DNA of 63,749 nucleotides from a virus (IMGVR_UViG_3300030390_001703:1-63749); one strand, 5' to 3'. Shown: positions 47,566 through 57,258, numbered from the stretch's first letter. Numbers and translations are program-made. Notes: a model not told the origin generated them from the letters alone.

Positions 47566-47835
47566 TTATGGATTGCCCATACTCATTCCAACTGCCATAG
47601 GGTCTGGCGAAGCAGAAGATTGTGTTACCTTCACTGTCGATCCTTCGATTTGAACAGTATGTTCGCTGTCTTGCATGGCTTTGCGAATAGGTCTTACTAT
47701 CTCAACTTCCATCTTGATTGAGGCAGCAATAGGAAACCAAAGGCAAGAAATGATGAGAAAGAATCCCATGTCGCCGGTTAGAAGAGAACCTCCGAGAACA
47801 AAAGCAGTGACATGATTCATCGTGATTATAGCCAT
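47566..47835 (-). CDS. Small membrane protein
   Basis: Hydrophobic N-terminal half. Confidence 0.55.
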   Translation of the reverse strand: MAIITMNHVTAFVLGGSLLTGDMGFFLIISCLWFPIAASIKMEVEIVRPIRKAMQDSEHTVQIEGSTVKVTQSSASPDPMAVGMSMGNP

Positions 47836-48494
47836 CCTAACACCGCCTGTTTTGTTTTCTTAACGCCCTTTGGGAGAGCCACAGGATCAATGGTACGAAT
47901 CTTGTTAGCTACATCTGGTGCTAAACGAATCAAGTCTTCTGTATATAGATCGGACAACCGAAAGCCATGAGGCACTTCGTAGTCCTCTTTCTTTGGCTTG
48001 AGTCTTCGAGCAGGTTTGTTTGGATTGATGGAGTATGTGAACACCGCATGAGCGTATTCGTCTGGGAGTGTGAACGAAACAAGGGCCAGCCTTCGAGCAG
48101 TGTCTATGTCTTCTGGATGAGCGTTGCGCCATACCGCCAGAGCAAGAGGGACAGGTAAGGACTTGACTACTTGGTGGGCTGCATCTCTGTTCCTCCATTT
48201 CATCATAGCACTGATACCTGGCCCGATAGGATCAGACTTAGCCTTGAGAGAATCATGCACCACTACGAAGTCCTCCGACTTCTTGGTGAGCTTAGGCTTC
48301 TTGTCGAGGATGATGACAAGACGATACGATACTATGTGCGCCCAATCCATAATGTCGTCTTCTGTGAACTTCTTAGTGTGAAGAATGTACGTCGTGCCTG
48401 GAGCTGAAGGAATGCACGTCATTTCACGGTGCATAACGATGTAGTCACCCACCTTGAAGTCGGCATCGTCACCAGCAAGGATCACGATACCCAC
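47826..48494 (-). CDS. Hypothetical protein, possible degenerate clamp-loader large subunit
   Basis: Ends KQAVLGWL (PIP-like); near rfcS; helical C-half. Function is inference. Confidence 0.4.
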   Translation of the reverse strand: MGIVILAGDDADFKVGDYIVMHREMTCIPSAPGTTYILHTKKFTEDDIMDWAHIVSYRLVIILDKKPKLTKKSEDFVVVHDSLKAKSDPIGPGISAMMKWRNRDAAHQVVKSLPVPLALAVWRNAHPEDIDTARRLALVSFTLPDEYAHAVFTYSINPNKPARRLKPKKEDYEVPHGFRLSDLYTEDLIRLAPDVANKIRTIDPVALPKGVKKTKQAVLGWL

Positions 48495-48751
48495 GAAGCA
48501 AGCCCCCATGTCTTAACCCAATAGTAGCAGGGCGCAGGTAAGTATTCTTCACCACATTCCTCGAACTCCACCATCTTGCCGAGTATGTTGTTGAGTCTTC
48601 CAGAAGTGCAACCGTAACGCAACTTAGATCGTGAGTAGTCGTTAAGGAACTCAAGAATGTTTGGTGTTGATGCAACGACTTCTTGTTTGAGATAACGAAC
48701 GATTGCAGAAGTAGTTCTTGTCTTGCGATTTGTAAGAACTTTAGTTGGCAT
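48482..48751 (-). CDS. Winged-helix-like protein
   Basis: AIVRYLK...ST..I.E.LN...T..RL.NIL pattern. Confidence 0.55.
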   Translation of the reverse strand: MPTKVLTNRKTRTTSAIVRYLKQEVVASTPNILEFLNDYSRSKLRYGCTSGRLNNILGKMVEFEECGEEYLPAPCYYWVKTWGLASWVS

Positions 48752-49004
48752 CTTCTTTCCCCCAGGGGTCTTCGACATAGATGTGGTTTCGCAACCTGTT
48801 ATATTGATGTGCTGATAGGTTCCAGACTTCACGAATCACTTTAGCTTGAACTGTGTAAGCCCCATGAGTCCAATGCAAACCGTCAAACGTTATGATACAA
48901 AACAATCCATCCTCATTCATGGCTTTGATTAAGCGAGGCCATTCTGTTTCTTTGATAGGTCGGTTAGCCAACACTTGCTTTGATCCACTACGCCATCCCT
49001 TCAT
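48741..49004 (-). CDS. Hypothetical protein
   Basis: Start MKGW after GGTGA. Confidence 0.55.
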   Translation of the reverse strand: MKGWRSGSKQVLANRPIKETEWPRLIKAMNEDGLFCIITFDGLHWTHGAYTVQAKVIREVWNLSAHQYNRLRNHIYVEDPWGKEDAN

Positions 49005-49005
49005 C

Positions 49006-49539
49006 TTAGTCACCCAATTCAATGATGTGTGTTGGGGTCTTCAAGGTTGACATTTGCATCTCCACTTGATCGAGAAGGTGTGGTTGAGAACCTAAGACAT
49101 TGACGAGGATGCGAGCCATAGCAGCCTCTCGTTGGTCTGCTAAGAATAATTGTGAGTCTGTACCTATCTCTTTCTTGAGCGTACCAACCAGCTTCAAGGA
49201 CTTGTTACACTCACTCACCAGACGGGTTGCGTTCTGCACCCACTCCGTAGTGATGCCTTCTATATCTTTCTGGTCTTCAAGCTCGTCAAGCCAACCCATC
49301 ATTCGGACAAGAAGTGATTCGGCAGTGTTGAGCGTGTCAATCGACTCGACTCGAAGTGACTCAATATGAGATGCTTCTTCTGGCGTGTAGTCCAAGTGCT
49401 GATCCATGTGTTCGGCTACTGTGCCGACAGGCCACCCTTGCTTTGTTTCAACATACGTGTGAGTTATCTCTGTTCGGTGCAACCTCATCTCAAGGCTACG
49501 CTTCAGTCGATCTTCAAGTTCACAAAAGGGGCAGGTCAT
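49006..49539 (-). CDS. Zn-finger/HTH plus coiled-coil protein (terminase small subunit candidate)
   Basis: CPFC...HMDQH then long amphipathic helices; TerS role is speculative. Confidence 0.45.
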   Translation of the reverse strand: MTCPFCELEDRLKRSLEMRLHRTEITHTYVETKQGWPVGTVAEHMDQHLDYTPEEASHIESLRVESIDTLNTAESLLVRMMGWLDELEDQKDIEGITTEWVQNATRLVSECNKSLKLVGTLKKEIGTDSQLFLADQREAAMARILVNVLGSQPHLLDQVEMQMSTLKTPTHIIELGD

Positions 49540-49769
49540 TATTCAAACACTCCATGTAGTATCACGCAAGGAACAGGATAGTTCTTGCTGGATTGTAGCA
49601 GGATCGAGCGTTCTATATTTCTTGAATTGAGGTACTCATCAAGAAGCTGAAGCATAGAGCCTAACTTAGACTTGGTATCGGGGAAGAATTGTATTGTAAG
49701 TCCTAACTCACTTGCAGTAGGATGAACCACTATTCGACCGTATTTAGTAAAGTCAATCATCGTACTCAC
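49539..49769 (-). CDS. Hypothetical protein
   Basis: GAGGTGAG RBS; operon fit. Confidence 0.55.
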   Translation of the reverse strand: MSTMIDFTKYGRIVVHPTASELGLTIQFFPDTKSKLGSMLQLLDEYLNSRNIERSILLQSSKNYPVPCVILHGVFE

Positions 49770-51075
49770 CTCCCCAGGGCAAAGGTTGGCGTTCTTCGCC
49801 CACCTTGAATGCGCCTATACGACAAGTGATTCCTCTTCGGCCACGACCTGTCTTCTCTGGTTTGTATTCCATGTACCAATCTTGAGGATCAAGATTCTCT
49901 TCAACCCAACGCTTCGCTGCTTGATAGTCACCGTTAGTTATCATGCGTGAAATCTCTTTGAGCAGGTCGGACTTGGTGAGGTCTTGACCCCAATAGGTGT
50001 CTTTGATGAGTCGAAGGTTTGCGTCCATGACGTCACGCCTCATGCGTAGCGAGTCGTTAAGAAGACGCTCAAGACCTTTCGACCAATTCACCATAAGAAC
50101 CCCACCGACCCATTGAGGCTGCATCATAGCAAACCCAATAGCAAGACGACGGAACAGATCGCTCTCGAAGTTGCGAACGGCAGGTTGCTCAATCCATTCA
50201 GCCAGCCTGTCATCAAATATGACTCCGCTAATTGGCTTCTCCATCACATCTTTCTGTCGAATGATTAACCACTCTTTGATTGCCATAGCACGACGAGCAA
50301 GATCGGCTCGCTCATCGGATTTCATTCTGGCTTGCGCTGCCTGGGATTTCTTGTATAGTAGCTCCTTGTGCTTACTCATAGCAATTTGAATAATGAAGAA
50401 TCGTCGGTCAAGACCGGACTCAAGCTCAAGTCGAGCTGGTTGAGTCCCTCCCCATACAGTGTATCGGGTGGTGTACCTTACCCATCCGTTTCTCATGGCC
50501 TTGTTGACCCTACCACTGTCTGTCGAGGTAAGAAGTCCGTTTGTCATGTCGGTGCTGTGGTCTTTACGACCGCTGATCCATAGCGAACTCATCTCTTCAA
50601 AAGCTAAGAAACCACCACACATTTCCCTGGCGAGAGGTCGCCCTACAATGTTACCGTCTTCATCGACAGAGCCGAACATACCGGCTTCTGTGATCGAGTT
50701 AGGTCCGAGCATGGTGTTGAATCCAATGCCTTTGTGAGCATCGTTCGAGTGAAGAAGTCCTGTGCCTTCTGCCAAGAACAGGTCAATGAGAGCATTCTTT
50801 CCAGAACCCTTCTCACCCTCCATGAGTATGTGAATGCGAGTGTCTGGTATGTGTGACATAGGCGTATAGAACGGCATACGGTTGTGGCGAAGGGGGCATA
50901 GGTCGATGGTGAACTCTGCCATTGGGTCAGCAGGATCGAAGTCGCATCGTGAGCAGCGGTTCGATGTATTGAACAAGTGTGCGCCTATCGAGCAGATGAA
51001 GATAGGTATTTTATCCTCAACATCGACGTAGTGATTGTCAAGTGCGAACTCTGTAATGGCGTTGAATATGTTCAT
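49753..51075 (-). CDS. mcm: MCM-family AAA+ helicase (short form)
   Basis: RIHILMEGEKGSGKN, SITEAGMFGSV, LAFEEM, LDRRF. Confidence 0.8.
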   Translation of the reverse strand: MNIFNAITEFALDNHYVDVEDKIPIFICSIGAHLFNTSNRCSRCDFDPADPMAEFTIDLCPLRHNRMPFYTPMSHIPDTRIHILMEGEKGSGKNALIDLFLAEGTGLLHSNDAHKGIGFNTMLGPNSITEAGMFGSVDEDGNIVGRPLAREMCGGFLAFEEMSSLWISGRKDHSTDMTNGLLTSTDSGRVNKAMRNGWVRYTTRYTVWGGTQPARLELESGLDRRFFIIQIAMSKHKELLYKKSQAAQARMKSDERADLARRAMAIKEWLIIRQKDVMEKPISGVIFDDRLAEWIEQPAVRNFESDLFRRLAIGFAMMQPQWVGGVLMVNWSKGLERLLNDSLRMRRDVMDANLRLIKDTYWGQDLTKSDLLKEISRMITNGDYQAAKRWVEENLDPQDWYMEYKPEKTGRGRRGITCRIGAFKVGEERQPLPWGGEYDD

Positions 51076-51199
51076 GGTCGGTTGCCTCCGTCTGTCCGAG
51101 TGAAGACTCCTTGATAAGCATTCTTACAATTGTCCTTACTTTTGTTAGCATTGATATATCGCAGCCGTGTATGCAGGTATGGATCAAGTGTTGACCCAC

Positions 51200-51445
51200 C
51201 CAAATTATTTCTTTTTGTTCTTTCAGTGTTTCCAGAAAGAATAAATCGAGGCGACGTAGCTCGGTTTTGTTGAATTGTTTTATTTCGTGTATAAGTGTAA
51301 ATGAGTATAATAGTAAGAGATAGATAAGGGAGAGAGAGGTATGTATCAACCTCAATATCTCTTTGAAGGAATAAAAGAATTAGTCGATCCATAGCGCAGC
51401 ACCTCGGTTTTATTCTTTCAGTTGGAGCTGAAAGAATTAGAAACA
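51200..51445. other. AT-rich non-coding region upstream of MCM; replication origin candidate
   Basis: Clearly lower GC, purine-skewed run, adjacent to helicase. Confidence 0.4.
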
Positions 51446-51446
51446 A

Positions 51447-52226
51447 TTAGTCTTGATGTCCTCGCATGAACAACTCGAACTCTTTCATCATGCTCTCGGA
51501 ACTTCGCATTGTGCGATCCTCGGCCTTAGAAGGTGGGTATAAGCGACCTTCTGCCTTCTTGGTAGCGAGTAGGTGCTTGTCAATAACAGAGGCCAAACCA
51601 GCGGGCCAACCGACTCCTTTTCTTACGGTGTCTGCGGGGAGAGGTCGCACGTTGTTACCATGCTCATTCTTGAATACTGCACCGACAACTAACTGTGTGC
51701 CGAGATCGTGTATGTGTATGCAACCATTGATGAGAACACAAGGAACTTCGTGCTTGCCTTGACTATCTCGCCAATTCCCAGGGATAACTAAGCCGTTGTA
51801 TCGGTCAGCGATAGCTACACAGTCTGGAGCTTTGAGTCCACTGTTCGCCGTGATAATCACCGCACCAGGCTTTTCCCAAACCCCATCAACTGTTGAGAAA
51901 GGATCAGCAACTTCACCAAGCATGATTGAGATGTAGGGTGTGTTCGACTCATCAAAGAATGAGTTCAAGTCGTGGAGGAACTCATGAGGTTCAGCCTGTA
52001 AAAAATTGTTCACAGGAGTTCGAGGGAGAGGATCGTTCGGGAACAGTGCATCAAGCAAAGACCAGAACATTTTACGTCCATTGACCATGACCTCAAGCTC
52101 ACCGATCATCAATCGGAGGTATGGTTCTTGCACCCTGTTTTTGTATTGGTTGAGCTGGGTGGGGTTGATCCTTTCGCATGATAATTTACCTGGCTCGATA
52201 TGCAGCCAATCTCCAACCTCAATCAT
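51447..52226 (-). CDS. Hypothetical protein
   Basis: 259 aa, GGTGA RBS, ATGA overlap. Confidence 0.75.
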   Translation of the reverse strand: MIEVGDWLHIEPGKLSCERINPTQLNQYKNRVQEPYLRLMIGELEVMVNGRKMFWSLLDALFPNDPLPRTPVNNFLQAEPHEFLHDLNSFFDESNTPYISIMLGEVADPFSTVDGVWEKPGAVIITANSGLKAPDCVAIADRYNGLVIPGNWRDSQGKHEVPCVLINGCIHIHDLGTQLVVGAVFKNEHGNNVRPLPADTVRKGVGWPAGLASVIDKHLLATKKAEGRLYPPSKAEDRTMRSSESMMKEFELFMRGHQD

Positions 52227-52432
52227 GAGGCATCACCATTTGAGGGGCAGTCGCAACCACAAGACCAGCATTGACCGCATGATCCAGAGCAAGTATCGCA
52301 GGGAAAGTTCATCACAGAACAAGCCTTGCAGCGTTCACTTTTAACTGTATAGTGTGGGTCGTCATCCATGTCTGGATAGCCACAGTTCGGGCAGTAGGTA
52401 TCACCACAGGCGCACCTATCATCTTTTATCAT
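52223..52432 (-). CDS. Metallothionein-like Cys-rich small protein
   Basis: About 14 Cys in 69 aa. Confidence 0.6.
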   Translation of the reverse strand: MIKDDRCACGDTYCPNCGYPDMDDDPHYTVKSERCKACSVMNFPCDTCSGSCGQCWSCGCDCPSNGDAS

Positions 52433-52532
52433 TGAGAGTCCTCCTTACATTCGGGGCATTCTTCACATTGAAGATAGGACAGAGGGTGACTGTCCCAAGC
52501 ACAATACTCACAAACAAATGGTATAATTTCTG

Positions 52533-52748
52533 TCATTCCAATTCCTCCAGATGTTTCTTCACGCTATCGCTTATCCGAATCATGTCGGGGATCATCACGA
52601 AGCGAGCATAGATGTGACCGCAGGTGATACTCGGCCCGATGATTTTGTTCCCGTTTGGCAGGAACATTTCAATGACTTCATCCCATACGAGAACGTCTTC
52701 AATCGTGATTTGAACTTCTGATCCAATGTCTTTTTCTGTGTATGTCAT
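52533..52748 (-). CDS. Hypothetical protein
   Basis: GGAGG RBS, ATGA overlaps. Confidence 0.6.
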   Translation of the reverse strand: MTYTEKDIGSEVQITIEDVLVWDEVIEMFLPNGNKIIGPSITCGHIYARFVMIPDMIRISDSVKKHLEELE

Positions 52749-53104
52749 TCTTGTTCAACCTCCTGTAAGAGAGCAAGAAGCACAGCAATTTTCTGGTGCT
52801 TCGGTAAGTCTTCCATCTGTGCATACGCAGCCATTTGAACATAGTTAATGCACGTATCTGGCTCGACACATGAGGAGCAAGGTGGGGGAGGGTCGGAAAG
52901 CAACCCGACCAAAGGAGAAACGACCCCCGCCCCGTTTGACTGTTGAGATTCCTCTTTATCAAGGAATGCTCTGCGTAGCTTTTTAAGCTGATAACTTATG
53001 ACTTGTCTGCTTACATCAAGATAGAATGCTATGTCCCCTTGCTGAAGCCCATGACTTCGCAAGTATCGAACTGCCAGAAGCTGCGTTGAAGTGAGCTTGG
53101 TCAT
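52745..53104 (-). CDS. HTH DNA-binding protein
   Basis: GLQQGDIAFYLDVSRQVISYQLKK. Confidence 0.75.
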   Translation of the reverse strand: MTKLTSTQLLAVRYLRSHGLQQGDIAFYLDVSRQVISYQLKKLRRAFLDKEESQQSNGAGVVSPLVGLLSDPPPPCSSCVEPDTCINYVQMAAYAQMEDLPKHQKIAVLLALLQEVEQE

Positions 53105-53283
53105 TGTTTCACCACCATAAACCAGGCATTGAAGCGGTCTTGATCCAGCCAGCGAGTTGCCAGGTATGCATCAAGAACAACATATTTGAATCGTTGAATA
53201 CCACCTTCACGCTTGATAGCTGTTAGCTTCACGTGAACATCTGGCATGACCCGATAGGCGAATGTTGATCCTATCAAGCTCAT
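53101..53283 (-). CDS. Hypothetical protein
   Basis: ATGA-coupled chain. Confidence 0.6.
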   Translation of the reverse strand: MSLIGSTFAYRVMPDVHVKLTAIKREGGIQRFKYVVLDAYLATRWLDQDRFNAWFMVVKQ

Positions 53284-53480
53284 TGGACTCCCTCATCAAA
53301 GCATGGCAAGTGACCATGAGTATCTTCTTTGCGCTGCCTATGCACTTCTGCAACATCAGCGAATAATTCCGGTCGGTCATGTATGAACAGACCTCTTATT
53401 CGAGCGTCTTCCAGAAGGCAAATCATGTCACGAAGCCTTCGGATTTCCTCATGTGCTTTGTGTAGTGTTGCTGGCATCAT
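53280..53480 (-). CDS. Hypothetical protein
   Basis: ATGA-coupled chain. Confidence 0.6.
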   Translation of the reverse strand: MMPATLHKAHEEIRRLRDMICLLEDARIRGLFIHDRPELFADVAEVHRQRKEDTHGHLPCFDEGVQ

Positions 53481-53773
53481 TCGTCCATCACCTTGTTGAG
53501 AAGTTCTGTTTGGGTCTTTGCTCTTTCACGGTGAAGCTCCAGACTTGCTGCCTCATCAATCAAGAAGTTAAGCTTCGCTCGCTTGGTGTCGTCAATGCTG
53601 CACCAGAACTTGAACGGTGAAGCACCGAACTCACGGAACTTACCCATGACATATTCGTGGCCGTGTTCCATGAAGTCAAGATCACGCTTGAACTTTTCAA
53701 AGTTCATGCCGTTATATAACAAACGAATACCTTTGAAGACTTCATCAGCAGAGAAGTAAAGAGTATCAGTCAT
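53477..53773 (-). CDS. Hypothetical protein
   Basis: GAGGTGA RBS, ATGA-coupled. Confidence 0.65.
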   Translation of the reverse strand: MTDTLYFSADEVFKGIRLLYNGMNFEKFKRDLDFMEHGHEYVMGKFREFGASPFKFWCSIDDTKRAKLNFLIDEAASLELHRERAKTQTELLNKVMDE

Positions 53774-54120
53774 TCAATCACCTCGTTGATCCATGCCATA
53801 AGCACAGGGAAGCCAATCATATACACCAGGAACAAAGCGAAGTATGCGACGTTCATTGGGATGCCTCCTTTGCTTGAAGGGTTTTCTGCCACAGAGCCAA
53901 GTTCATTTGAGGCTTGCCGTCTGTGTATTCCCAGAAGATGTGCGTTTCGGTTTCATCAACAAAAACCAATTCGTAGTCCTTGCTCATAGGTGTTCACCTC
54001 TCATTCGTGCAGGTAATACTCTCGTCATATTGCATTTATCGCAAGCATATCCACCTTGACACAGGGTATGCCCCGTTGCTTCAAATGTCCCTTGACATAA
54101 CTTGCACTTGTATGAAGAAC

Positions 54121-54330
54121 TCATGCAATCAGCTCCTTAGCGAAGGCGATAGATGCCGAGAAGTCAAACGGATGATTGTTATACATCTCCAGAGTCTTGA
54201 TGATGGTTCGCACATGGTCGAAGTTGTATTGATCCTCATCGGTTTCTCCATCAGCAAGGCTTTGAACCTGGTCTAATTGAAGGCGTTGAAGGGCTTTAAC
54301 GACAATTATAAGGTCATCCAAGCCAATCAT
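54121..54330 (-). CDS. Hypothetical protein
   Basis: ATGA overlap with upstream gene. Confidence 0.55.
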   Translation of the reverse strand: MIGLDDLIIVVKALQRLQLDQVQSLADGETDEDQYNFDHVRTIIKTLEMYNNHPFDFSASIAFAKELIA

Positions 54331-55001
54331 TCTTCTTCACGCTCCTCTTTTCCGGTGAGTAGTGAGCGCATGAGTTCTGGATCGCATTGAGCTTCACGCT
54401 CTGCACCCATGATAACCTCGCAGTCAATGTCGAGGTCGCCTTCGGTGAAGCCAGCAGCCTTGAGAGCGTCACGAACCTTCTTGACTACCCTTTGAACCCA
54501 CACGTCAATTTGGTGGCTTGCTACGTCGTCTTTGCGCTGGCCTTCAATTTTAAGAGTCAAGAGTCTGGAAGAACGGTTAAGTTCAACCGTAGCATCAGCT
54601 CCATTTACCTTGAGTTGTAAGTCGCTCCACATGGTTGATCCATCGGCAGCAGTTCCATGTGAGAAGCGGATAGGAACGCCCATGTAAGGCACATCTGGAA
54701 CGGCTGATTGTTCTTTTTCAACGATGCCAACTTCAAGACCATGCTTTTCAGCCAGGGCAAGAATCCAATCGGCTTCAGCTGTCGTGAGTCCAGAAGGTAA
54801 CTCTTCACCTTCAACAAAGTTCGTCGTCGCTTTGAATGTCAGTTCTTCAAGGTTGTTTGTTTTACCTGTCAAGTCCCACATGATACCATGTTCGGCCATG
54901 ATTTTCTTAGCGTTAGGATCATGGGTTCCTTGTAGCAGCCCTCTTACTGTGACTGTCTTTCTGGCGTATCGGCTCGTTTCAATTTCTTTTTGGTCGGACA
55001 T
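54327..55001 (-). CDS. Hypothetical protein
   Basis: 224 aa, GGAG RBS, TTGATATAG box ~50 nt upstream. Confidence 0.75.
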   Translation of the reverse strand: MSDQKEIETSRYARKTVTVRGLLQGTHDPNAKKIMAEHGIMWDLTGKTNNLEELTFKATTNFVEGEELPSGLTTAEADWILALAEKHGLEVGIVEKEQSAVPDVPYMGVPIRFSHGTAADGSTMWSDLQLKVNGADATVELNRSSRLLTLKIEGQRKDDVASHQIDVWVQRVVKKVRDALKAAGFTEGDLDIDCEVIMGAEREAQCDPELMRSLLTGKEEREEE

Positions 55002-55002
55002 T

Positions 55003-55227
55003 TTAGTTCTCTCCTTTTGGGGTGTGGTTAGTGCTTACACTATCTTCTATATCAAGAGTGCTGTTGAATAGGTGCTGATTTTCAGCTATTTGTTCGTCGG
55101 TCATGATCTCGAAAGCTGTCGAAAGCTGCGCCTCAAGCTCATGGATTCGTTGCTTCAGAGTAGCTATTTTAGCATATCGAAGTTCAAGCCTGGATTTCCA
55201 GAACTCGTTTCCTAATTGAACGCTCAT
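55003..55227 (-). CDS. Small coiled-coil protein
   Basis: ATGA overlap; heptad segment. Confidence 0.5.
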   Translation of the reverse strand: MSVQLGNEFWKSRLELRYAKIATLKQRIHELEAQLSTAFEIMTDEQIAENQHLFNSTLDIEDSVSTNHTPKGEN

Positions 55228-55463
55228 TCAAACACCACCTGTTCAAGAAAGAACTCGCCTTCATTGGTTTCAAAATTGGTGATGCAATTGCTCGCCAAGA
55301 ACTCCTTGATTGAATCGTAGTATGTTTGATCTTTGAGGTATGTTTTGATTTTCCCTCGCAGGTATTTTTCTGCATCAGCGAATCGCTTGAAGAACGTCAA
55401 AGGAGGTGAGCATTTTTGAGAATAGCCAGAGCCAGCCGTTTCAATAACAATCCAACGCTTCAT
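55224..55463 (-). CDS. Hypothetical protein
   Basis: Start MKRW inside the GGTGAGCGCATGA junction. Confidence 0.6.
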   Translation of the reverse strand: MKRWIVIETAGSGYSQKCSPPLTFFKRFADAEKYLRGKIKTYLKDQTYYDSIKEFLASNCITNFETNEGEFFLEQVVFE

Positions 55464-55792
55464 GCGCTCACCTCGTTGTTTCGGTCGTTGACGCACCAGG
55501 AACAAACATACCACTCGACATTCATTTTGTCGATGGTTTCTTTTTCTGGACACTTTTGATATTCTTTTGGATCGTGAACTTCGTACATCATCACGTAGGG
55601 TTGGGGTTCCTCGCAGCAGTCGCAGAAGCTCCCGCCACCATGACCAAAGGCAAGCTCTTTGAGAAGCCAAAGCTGGCGAGGTGTAAAATCAGCTTTTTCA
55701 TTGAAGTCGTGTGTGGAAAGGGCGAGAATATCAATCAATTCATCATAGAGTGTGGTGCGCTCTTCAGCTCCGGTCAAATCCCAGAGAGTCAT
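55460..55792 (-). CDS. Zn-finger hypothetical protein
   Basis: CDCC and CSWC; ends EVSA. Confidence 0.65.
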   Translation of the reverse strand: MTLWDLTGAEERTTLYDELIDILALSTHDFNEKADFTPRQLWLLKELAFGHGGGSFCDCCEEPQPYVMMYEVHDPKEYQKCPEKETIDKMNVEWYVCSWCVNDRNNEVSA

Positions 55793-56088
55793 TCAACCAC
55801 CTCCATTTGAAGGATCACAATGACTTGAGATTGGTCGTATGAATCGCTGCGGTATCGAATGTGCATCTCATAATCTGGTGCGAGCATAAGGTCTAATTTA
55901 TGAAGGTCGTTTGAAAGCGAGGTGCTTTGGGTCATATACAATTTGAGGGTATGTCCTGCGTCGAGGATGCTTGTGATCTGCCTCATGTAAGAATTGACAT
56001 TCTTACCGAAGAATGAGAAGTCATTCATACTCATGTGCAATCGTGCTTCTGGGTTCGGGTTTTTTGGGGTCGGGTTGTTTTTAGGCAT
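55789..56088 (-). CDS. Hypothetical protein
   Basis: ACAGGAGA leader; first gene of a unit. Confidence 0.65.
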   Translation of the reverse strand: MPKNNPTPKNPNPEARLHMSMNDFSFFGKNVNSYMRQITSILDAGHTLKLYMTQSTSLSNDLHKLDLMLAPDYEMHIRYRSDSYDQSQVIVILQMEVVE

Positions 56089-56267
56089 TTTTTTTCTCTC
56101 CTGTATTTTAGTCTAAGCACTATTTTCTATAAGAAGCTTTTGTTTGGAAGGGTGTTTAACTGCGCTGGCCTGGAAAAAGCTGAAAAAGCTGTTCTCGAAA
56201 GAAGGATCAAGGAGCTGAAGCAATAGCAAGCTCGATAATTTAGCTAAAAAAGCACGTTGATTGGACG

Positions 56268-56546
56268 TCATGCGACCACCCAATAATCGTGAGGATCACC
56301 CTTGACAATCGGACAGAGGCCACAACCTGGCGACCAACTGCACCTATACGGTATGAATAGGATGACCTTTCTCTTCGAGCCTCGCCCACGATAGACGGGA
56401 AACCAAAGCGAGATGCCAGCGTCGGCCATCATCCGAGGGGTGCGTGAAGTCGTGGAGTCCCAAACCGCACCGGCAGCCTTGAGGGTTTGACGGTTCTCTT
56501 TGTGCCTCGCCCAAGCTTGAGGATCAGGGGAATAGGTGCGGCTCAT
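56268..56546 (-). CDS. Hypothetical basic protein
   Basis: Start MSRTY in junction repeat. Confidence 0.6.
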   Translation of the reverse strand: MSRTYSPDPQAWARHKENRQTLKAAGAVWDSTTSRTPRMMADAGISLWFPVYRGRGSKRKVILFIPYRCSWSPGCGLCPIVKGDPHDYWVVA

Positions 56547-56767
56547 GCGCTCACCCTGCGGTCGTGGCCTATGGCAGCGTCCCAGATCGGGGTCATATCG
56601 TCGTCCCAGGGGTCTTTCAATCCCCAAGCCGCTGCCACCTGTTCATTCAAGTGCATATCGTCGTAAGTATCGTCTGGATGAAACCACCCATACCTACTCC
56701 AATGCTTCCAGAAAGCCACCGCTTCTTCAACGGTGGTCGGCGTCATGGTTGCAGGTTCAAAGGTCAT
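56543..56767 (-). CDS. Hypothetical protein
   Basis: Ends RVSA in junction repeat. Confidence 0.65.
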   Translation of the reverse strand: MTFEPATMTPTTVEEAVAFWKHWSRYGWFHPDDTYDDMHLNEQVAAAWGLKDPWDDDMTPIWDAAIGHDRRVSA

Positions 56768-57258
56768 ACAATCACCTCACCATTCGGTTCAAAGCAGAAG
56801 CAAGTAGTCGCATCATCGGGGCAGGTTGCACACACCACCTCTTCACGGATAGCACGCAGGAAAGCGAGGCGACGGGTTTCATTCTTGCCGTGGTCGCTCT
56901 GTTTCCATTCATCAAACCAAGCGAGAGCCTCGGCCTCGGTGTCGAAGTAGTCGGGCCAACATACAATTTGGTTTGAACCGTCTTCACAAATGTATGAGCC
57001 AAAGGAAATGTCTTCATCAAGAGCCTCAAGCATCTCTGTGAAGGTGCGTGGGAGGTCTGTTTCGTCGTCGTTTTCAACTGCCCATGTGATGTTCTCAACG
57101 AATTGGCATTGGGTGGTTTTTACCACTACATCGGGGCGCATTTGACTTGGGTATTGAGTGGAAGGATCAGTGATTTCCCCGCCCATGTCAAACATATACG
57201 GGTTGTTTTTGAGGAAGTCCACCAAGAGAGAACGGAGTGAAATAGCTGATTCACTCAT
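56764..57258 (-). CDS. Hypothetical acidic protein
   Basis: Start MSESA in junction repeat; C-terminal Cys cluster. Confidence 0.65.
   Translation of the reverse strand: MSESAISLRSLLVDFLKNNPYMFDMGGEITDPSTQYPSQMRPDVVVKTTQCQFVENITWAVENDDETDLPRTFTEMLEALDEDISFGSYICEDGSNQIVCWPDYFDTEAEALAWFDEWKQSDHGKNETRRLAFLRAIREEVVCATCPDDATTCFCFEPNGEVIV

Noticed and set aside
51038-51446. ORFs 51038-51355 and 51072-51446
   Set aside because: Low-complexity translations of AT-rich DNA with weak starts; treated as non-coding.
54362-54373. Inverted partial copy of the junction repeat (GTGAGCGCATGA)
   Set aside because: Inside a coding region on the wrong strand; probably chance.
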